Source of the DNA: Fimbriimonadia bacterium
GTDB taxonomy: Bacteria; Armatimonadota; Fimbriimonadia; Fimbriimonadales; JABRVX01
NCBI GenBank assembly: GCA_041483895.1
Contig: JBGPGO010000002.1
Location: 226,074-290,073 of the forward strand
Direction of reading: 5' to 3'
DNA: 64,000 nucleotides
A program made the translations under genes and the position numbers. Positions 58,329 through 64,000 of this stretch are shown here, piece by piece. The notes under the pieces are model-generated. The model was not told the DNA's origin. It was given only the letters and a program-made list of their open reading frames with translations, and searched no databases. Position 1 is the stretch's first letter. Every line of letters begins with the position of its first letter.

Positions 58329-60509
58329 GTGCAACAACGACTGTACAGCCTGACGATCTTTCTCGGGGCCTTGCTTCTGTTCCTTATTCAGCCCCTATTT
58401 GCCCGGCTCTTGCTGCCGCTCATGGGTGGGGCGCCAGGTGTATGGAACACGGCGATGGTCTTCTATCAGGCGGCACTGCTCCTGGGGTATCTGTACGCCC
58501 ATCTTAGCTCCCGATATCTGCAACCGAAGCAGCAAACGATTTTGCACGGCCTCCTCCTCATCGCGGGAGTTGCTTTTTTGCCGGTTGGACTCCGTGCGGG
58601 GATGGAACCGCCCAGCGGCGCCTCGCCCGTCGGCTGGCTTCTGATGGCGATGCTGACCACCGTTGGCCTGCCATTCTTTTTGCTATCCGCAACCAGCCCG
58701 CTCTTGCAGCGTTGGTTCTCCCGGACAGGTCAGAAGCGAGCACCAGACCCATATTTTCTGTACGTTGCCAGCAATTGGGGGAGCATGATCGCCCTGCTTT
58801 CCTATCCCATATTTGTTGAGCCGTATTTCACCCTAAAGCAACAGCGATGGGCCTGGTCTGGGCTCTATGTTCTTCTGGCGGGTCTGCTGATCTACGTGAT
58901 GGTTCGTTCGACTTCGAGTGTGGCAGAGTCTGCTGAAAAGGAACCGCTTGTGGAGCCTGTGGCGCCGATTGCCGTCATGCGATGGATTCGATGGATTTTG
59001 TTGGCGTTCGTTCCATCGAGCATGCTAATCGCGGTCACCACCCACATTACCACCGACATTGCGTCGTTCCCGCTGCTATGGGTCATACCGCTCGCGATCT
59101 ACCTACTGTCTTTCATTCTTGTATTCAGTCGTAGGCCGCTCATCCCGCGCATGTGGGTGGCTTGGGCGTTCCCGTTCCTCGGAACGATGGCGGTTCTGGC
59201 CTTCCTCATCAACGCTTCCGGCCCGCCCGCCTACCTGATTCCGCTCGATCTGGGACTTCTGTTCGTTATGGCATTGTTGTTCCACGGCGAACTCGCGAGG
59301 GATAGGCCTGCGCCAGGGCAATTGACGTTTTTCTATCTCATGTTATCGGTTGGAGGCGCTCTGGGAGGTCTGTTTTGCGCGATCATTGCGCCGATGGTGT
59401 TCATCAACGTGCTGGAATATCCGATCACAATCATCATTGGCGCGCTGCTGTTGCCACATCTGCCAACATCCCGCACGCCCCTTAACCGAGTCATGGATTT
59501 AGCGATACCAGTTGCGGCGGGTTTGTTCTCTGCGGAAATTATGATGTATATCGACTCGATGCAGTTGGCGTCGTCGTGGCTAACAAGATTTGGCCTGTTC
59601 TTGCTTCTGCTACCCATCGCTGCTCTGTGGAAGCGTCCCGTTCGATTTGGCCTTGCGCTGACGGCTGTGATTATCGGCGGGATGCTGACTAGCGATCAAT
59701 ACCATTACACGCTGCATTTGGAACGCAGCTTTTTCGGAACGCTGCGTGTGACCCGCGGTGGCAAGGGGGCGAAGACCTTTCAGTTCTGGCATGGAACAAC
59801 AGTGCACGGTTCGCAATCATTCATCGAGCGGCTTCGGTATCTGCCGATCGGATACTATTATCCTACGGGACCGATCGGAAGGCTGTTCAATTCCGGCCGA
59901 TTTCGCGAGGATGCGAAGATCGCCATTATTGGATTGGGAATTGGGGGCCTCAGCGCATACTCGAAGCCGGGGCAGGATTGGACCTATTATGAGATCGATC
60001 CGGCGGTCGTTCGTCTCGCCTCCACTTCACCGTATTTCACGTATATTCGCGACGCAAATGCGGAGCCAAAGTTTGTTATCGGAGATGCGCGACTCATGCT
60101 GAATAAATCGCATGAAAAATATGATCTTATTGTTCTGGATGCCTATAATTCCGATGCCGTGCCGGTTCATCTTTTGACGAAAGAGGCAATGAACATCTAT
60201 TTTGATCACCTGACCTCCACAGGTGTCATCGCCTTCCATATCTCGAACCGGCACCTGAATCTAACCCCGGTCGTCGCCGCGCTGGCAAAGTATGAAGGCA
60301 TGGTGGCGCTCTGGTGTCCGGATTCCAACATATCAGAACAGGAAGCGATGTCCGGCAAAGTTCCTTCAAATTGGGTATTCGTGGTCAACGACCTTAGCGA
60401 TTTGGCCGGTCTGCAGCGAGATCCCAAGTGGTTTCCGATCCAACCGGACGATGACAAGCATCTATGGACCGACGACTATTCAAGCATCATATCAGTTTTT
60501 GAGTGGTAG
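58329..60509 (+). CDS. Fused MFS-like membrane domain / spermidine synthase-like methyltransferase
   Basis: LLFLIQP, GGAPGVW, PYFLY.ASN, HGTTVHG, GLG.G, YEIDP, GDAR, DAY, HISNR, WTDDYS. Confidence 0.88.
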   Translation: MQQRLYSLTIFLGALLLFLIQPLFARLLLPLMGGAPGVWNTAMVFYQAALLLGYLYAHLSSRYLQPKQQTILHGLLLIAGVAFLPVGLRAGMEPPSGASPVGWLLMAMLTTVGLPFFLLSATSPLLQRWFSRTGQKRAPDPYFLYVASNWGSMIALLSYPIFVEPYFTLKQQRWAWSGLYVLLAGLLIYVMVRSTSSVAESAEKEPLVEPVAPIAVMRWIRWILLAFVPSSMLIAVTTHITTDIASFPLLWVIPLAIYLLSFILVFSRRPLIPRMWVAWAFPFLGTMAVLAFLINASGPPAYLIPLDLGLLFVMALLFHGELARDRPAPGQLTFFYLMLSVGGALGGLFCAIIAPMVFINVLEYPITIIIGALLLPHLPTSRTPLNRVMDLAIPVAAGLFSAEIMMYIDSMQLASSWLTRFGLFLLLLPIAALWKRPVRFGLALTAVIIGGMLTSDQYHYTLHLERSFFGTLRVTRGGKGAKTFQFWHGTTVHGSQSFIERLRYLPIGYYYPTGPIGRLFNSGRFREDAKIAIIGLGIGGLSAYSKPGQDWTYYEIDPAVVRLASTSPYFTYIRDANAEPKFVIGDARLMLNKSHEKYDLIVLDAYNSDAVPVHLLTKEAMNIYFDHLTSTGVIAFHISNRHLNLTPVVAALAKYEGMVALWCPDSNISEQEAMSGKVPSNWVFVVNDLSDLAGLQRDPKWFPIQPDDDKHLWTDDYSSIISVFEW

Positions 60510-60513
60510 TGCG

Positions 60514-61494
60514 TCAAGGTGTGACAATCGTCCCCATCTTGACGACTTCAAAATCCTTGCCTTTGATCTGCTTCAGGGTATTGATCTCATCATCGTCCCA
60601 CCGCGCATCCGGCGCGCCGGACAAAAACCAATTTCCGCCGTTGTCCGCTACGAACATCCCGTACTTCTTCAGGGCGCGAAGGATCACTTGTACATGCGGA
60701 GGGTAGCCACTAATATCAAAGTTCGCCTTTAGCCGCACGCGCATTCCCATCGGCGGATAGCTGGGGTCCGTGTAGCTGCTCGCCCAGTGCCGCGCCGGAT
60801 TCGTATATGCCTTCCGCGATCGTTGCACGGTAAATCGCAGCGCATGCCTAATTTCACCGCGCAAAACCACCTCGTCGTACCGTACCAAACCAGGGAAGAT
60901 CGGCAATCCCGCGGCGTCCGCCGATGTCCAGCCGGCCTGTCGCAAGGCATTGGAGTTCAGATCGAAAATCGCCCCCGAGCCGCAGTGCCACCCATTTCCC
61001 TCCGGCCAAGAATAGAACGTCTCGTACAGCTTCCAACTGTCACGATCGATGACCAAAATATGGCGGTCGCCGTCCGAATTCACGCCTCCTTCGATGGGCG
61101 GGTTCGGCGGGATCGGGTAGGGGCCGGGATCGCTCTCGTCGTCGTAGTCAAAACTCATGGGGACCCTTTGCTGGGAACCCGGTACCACAACGTACGGAAT
61201 CCCGAACGGCCCGCCATCCCAATTGGCGCCAAAGTCCGGGTGGAGGCTCGTGCTCAAGCCGATGCTCGCGATCAGCGTAGCCGAGTTGGAATCGACCGGG
61301 CTCTGATCGATCGGAGTATTCCAAGGATTATCGTCTGGGAACGGCCTCCGGCACTTCATATTGGCATTGACACCCAAATCCGGAACGCCGATATGTGAAG
61401 ACCTCGCTCGCGCCGGGTCTTGGACCTTGACTTGGGACGGCGCCAGCGCGCAAAAGCAGCAACACAACAGACCGATTTTCAACATTGGATTCAT
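60514..61494 (-). CDS. Conserved secreted hypothetical protein
   Basis: Signal peptide; PFP.DNPWN, GIPY, ESDPGPYPIP, DGDRH, TSADAAGLP, IRHALRF, LKKYGM..ADNG. Confidence 0.75.
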   Translation of the reverse strand: MNPMLKIGLLCCCFCALAPSQVKVQDPARARSSHIGVPDLGVNANMKCRRPFPDDNPWNTPIDQSPVDSNSATLIASIGLSTSLHPDFGANWDGGPFGIPYVVVPGSQQRVPMSFDYDDESDPGPYPIPPNPPIEGGVNSDGDRHILVIDRDSWKLYETFYSWPEGNGWHCGSGAIFDLNSNALRQAGWTSADAAGLPIFPGLVRYDEVVLRGEIRHALRFTVQRSRKAYTNPARHWASSYTDPSYPPMGMRVRLKANFDISGYPPHVQVILRALKKYGMFVADNGGNWFLSGAPDARWDDDEINTLKQIKGKDFEVVKMGTIVTP

Positions 61495-61552
61495 CGCAAA
61501 CTCCTGAATCCGCCGCGCATGCTAAAGCAGAGGCCCGATCATACCCGCTTCA

Positions 61553-62260
61553 TCATTTCCCAATGACTTTGAAGATGTCGTTCATGTCGAATACTGCCTT
61601 CAGCTCCCCAGGACGGCGCAGCATCACGAAGGTCAGCTTGGGCGACTTTTCCGACGCAATAGGTCTGCCGTCCTGGGCGAATTGTGAAAATACAACGTGA
61701 TACCGGGCATAGTAGCCCATGATTTCGTCCCCTCCCTCGTGCGCCGCCACTTGGGAATCCTCTATGAGCTTCTCCACCCGCACGGGTTCGTACGCCTTGC
61801 CATTGCCGTCTTCCAGGGCAAATCGCACCTCGAGAACGTCGCTCCAAACGGCTTCCCGCTTGATCTTCCAACCGAAGTCGTCCGTCCCCGGCCAAGCCCG
61901 CACGTCCACAACGAATTCGATCAGATCCCGATATTCATTGTACAGGTCCTCCACCACGCCGTTGTCGGAGGCAAGCTCGATCGTACGTCCGGACAGGCTG
62001 TCATGATAGCCTTCCAAAAACGCATTGATCGCGGCCGAGCGGATCTGCACCTGAGATGGCGGCCACTTTTTCGTCCCGCGTATATGTCCGAGATTGCGGA
62101 AAAACACAGCCGCCAGCTGCTTTTCGGGAATTCGGCCAAACGATTGAGCGCCGTGATGATAGATGGCGTCAACATACCGCTGATCGACGGTGAAGATCGG
62201 ATGATTCCCTTGCCCTTGCGCGGCAAGGACCGTCAGCAAAGCATAGATTCCAACATACAT
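61553..62260 (-). CDS. Secreted hypothetical protein
   Basis: Hydrophobic N-terminus; GAGGTG RBS; fits gene spacing. Confidence 0.6.
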   Translation of the reverse strand: MYVGIYALLTVLAAQGQGNHPIFTVDQRYVDAIYHHGAQSFGRIPEKQLAAVFFRNLGHIRGTKKWPPSQVQIRSAAINAFLEGYHDSLSGRTIELASDNGVVEDLYNEYRDLIEFVVDVRAWPGTDDFGWKIKREAVWSDVLEVRFALEDGNGKAYEPVRVEKLIEDSQVAAHEGGDEIMGYYARYHVVFSQFAQDGRPIASEKSPKLTFVMLRRPGELKAVFDMNDIFKVIGK

Positions 62261-62317
62261 GCCGTCACCTCAAATGGATAACACCTACCATGAGAGACGC
62301 CAGCAGGAACGGGACCG

Positions 62318-62698
62318 TCAGGACCCTGTATAGGCGATGCAGTCGATTTCGATCAGCATGGTCCCAAGCAGCCCGGACTGAACGGTAGTGCGCACGGGAT
62401 AGGGCTCCGAGAAAAATTCGGAATAGGCCCGGTTCATCTCTTGAAAATCCCCAAGGTCGGCCAAGTGGACGCACACCTTCACCACATCATCCAGTCGGCT
62501 TCCCGCCGACTGCAGCGCCGATGCCAGGTTGAGCAGCGTGCGCTGGGTCTGCGCGAAAATGGCTCCCTCTATCAATTTGTTTGTGGCCGGCTCGGCGGGA
62601 CCTTGGCCGGAGATAAAGACGAAGTCGCCGGCGCGGACAGCGGGCGAGTACGGACCCATCGGTTTCGGGCCCGCTTCGGGATGAAAAGCTCGTTTCAT
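62318..62698 (-). CDS. ridA: RidA (YjgF/YER057c) family enamine deaminase
   Basis: GPYSPA, SGQ, MN..Y..FF, P.RT, IEID. Confidence 0.88.
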   Translation of the reverse strand: MKRAFHPEAGPKPMGPYSPAVRAGDFVFISGQGPAEPATNKLIEGAIFAQTQRTLLNLASALQSAGSRLDDVVKVCVHLADLGDFQEMNRAYSEFFSEPYPVRTTVQSGLLGTMLIEIDCIAYTGS

Positions 62699-63756
62699 TG
62701 AGTGACCTCTTGGTGGAAGATTGCGTACCGCTCGATGCCGGCCAAGTCCAACTCTACCCCCAACCCGGGTCCGTCCGGCACAATCGCATGGCCGCCCTCA
62801 TACCGAATCCCCGGCTCGATCAGGTCGTCTTCGCGGACAAAATGCACGATGTCGCTGGGCAAGGTGCAGCCGGGGGCGATGGCGCAGCAGTGCACAAACG
62901 ACATATCGGCGATGCCGAGGGCGATCTCGCTGCCATGCCAATAGGGAATCCCCGCCGCCTCCGCCACCGGAAAACAGCGCAGCCAATCCTTGGGGCTGGA
63001 TGGGCCGATGTTCAAGTAGTCGCAGGCTTCGTCTTTGGCGGCCAGGTGGATCAGGTCGGGGCTGCTTAGGTGGAGGGTGATCGGTACGTCGGTCTTGGAG
63101 CGCAAAAGGCGATAGGCAGCGTGGTCGCGCTTGTTGAACGGGTCTTCCAGCGTCAGCACGTTGTAGGGTTCCATCTTCTTGACGAGCTGCAGCGTGTTGG
63201 CAAGGGTGTTGTAGCGCGAGTTGGGGTCGATGGTCATCGAGAAATTCGGTCCGCAGGCGTCACGCATCGCCTGCAGCCGTTCGATATCCGGCTCGCCCCA
63301 TTGCGTTTTGATTTTGATGCCGCCGAAACCCATCTGCCGCATCTCGCGGCATTTGCGGCCCATGTCTTCCGGCGTTCGGTGCGCGGTCCAGCCGTGGACC
63401 TTCACTCGGTCCCGCACCTTGTCCCCCATCAGCCGCCACATCGGCAGGTCCCGCTCTTTGCCGATCAGATCGAAAAGGGCCACCTCGAACGCGTGCGCCA
63501 CCGGTCCGCCGGGCACGATCTCGTCTATCCGCCGGCCGGCCATCCGCTTCGCCTCACCCAGCGCCGCCTCGACCGGTTGCCCCCGATCCGTCTCGCCGAT
63601 TCCGTTGAGGCCGTCGGCGTTGAGGCGGACGACGGTTTTTGGGATCTGGTCCAGGTCCCATCGTGGCTCGTGGAACTCCGGCGAGCAGCAGGCATCGGCC
63701 TTGAACGGCACCACCACCTGCCAGATATCAACGGAGCGAAGCAGCATGTTAATCAT
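62695..63756 (-). CDS. Mandelate racemase / muconate lactonizing enzyme family protein
   Basis: GIGE, ALFDL.GK, KIK, IDPN, LEDP, VPDGPGLGVE; start 63747 or 63756. Confidence 0.88.
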   Translation of the reverse strand: MINMLLRSVDIWQVVVPFKADACCSPEFHEPRWDLDQIPKTVVRLNADGLNGIGETDRGQPVEAALGEAKRMAGRRIDEIVPGGPVAHAFEVALFDLIGKERDLPMWRLMGDKVRDRVKVHGWTAHRTPEDMGRKCREMRQMGFGGIKIKTQWGEPDIERLQAMRDACGPNFSMTIDPNSRYNTLANTLQLVKKMEPYNVLTLEDPFNKRDHAAYRLLRSKTDVPITLHLSSPDLIHLAAKDEACDYLNIGPSSPKDWLRCFPVAEAAGIPYWHGSEIALGIADMSFVHCCAIAPGCTLPSDIVHFVREDDLIEPGIRYEGGHAIVPDGPGLGVELDLAGIERYAIFHQEVTQ

Positions 63757-63819
63757 TATCGCCAATATCCGCGGCGGAAACCACCTGGGCACGAAATGTT
63801 GTATGCTAACAGAGAGCAT

Positions 63820-63876
63820 CCCCTCCCCCGCTTGCGGGGGAGGACGGGTACGGATTTTTTCCCCTCCCCCGCTTGC
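63820..63876. repeat. CCTCCCCCGC-TT-GCGGGGGAGG palindrome plus a partial direct copy
   Basis: CCCCTCCCCCGCTTGC at 63820-63835 and 63861-63876; same class as 51301/51583. Confidence 0.65.
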
Positions 63877-64000
63877 TGTTTAGACCGGGGAGATAGTTTA
63901 CTGGTGTTCGGAGACATGGTTTACACATGATTGTCCTGGTTTTTGTCCGTTCTAAGATTAATCTGACCGATCCGTTTGGCGCAAAACCAGATGTCGTACA

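Overview
GC-rich bacterial chromosomal window. The lineage is inferred to be Armatimonadota-like, from the PEP-CTERM proteins, a DUF1559-type prepilin protein and repeated 'WLR...dockerin-like' C-terminal modules. It holds about 50 CDS, dominated by secreted/surface proteins and peptidases: two tricorn-like S41, S9, PepC, matrixin-like, DUF922, an ATLF-like peptidase fused to a VHL-beta domain, NlpC/P60 and an apparently dead M1. Also present are a cyclase-NB-ARC-TPR protein, a RedB/His-kinase/HD-GYP/HDOD signalling operon, two type II toxin-antitoxin pairs, tRNA-Glu(TTC) and an IS21 remnant. The non-coding DNA is the most unusual part. There is a ~700-bp cluster of alternating inverted ~61-bp hairpin units plus other palindrome families at 50.9-51.65 kb. 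A palindrome doublet at 9.5-9.7 kb abuts a gene remnant. Two paralogous PEP-CTERM genes each sit behind the broken 3' end of a different gene. No CRISPR array, cas gene, reverse transcriptase, integrase or rRNA was found. All family calls come from motif recognition by eye, not database searches.
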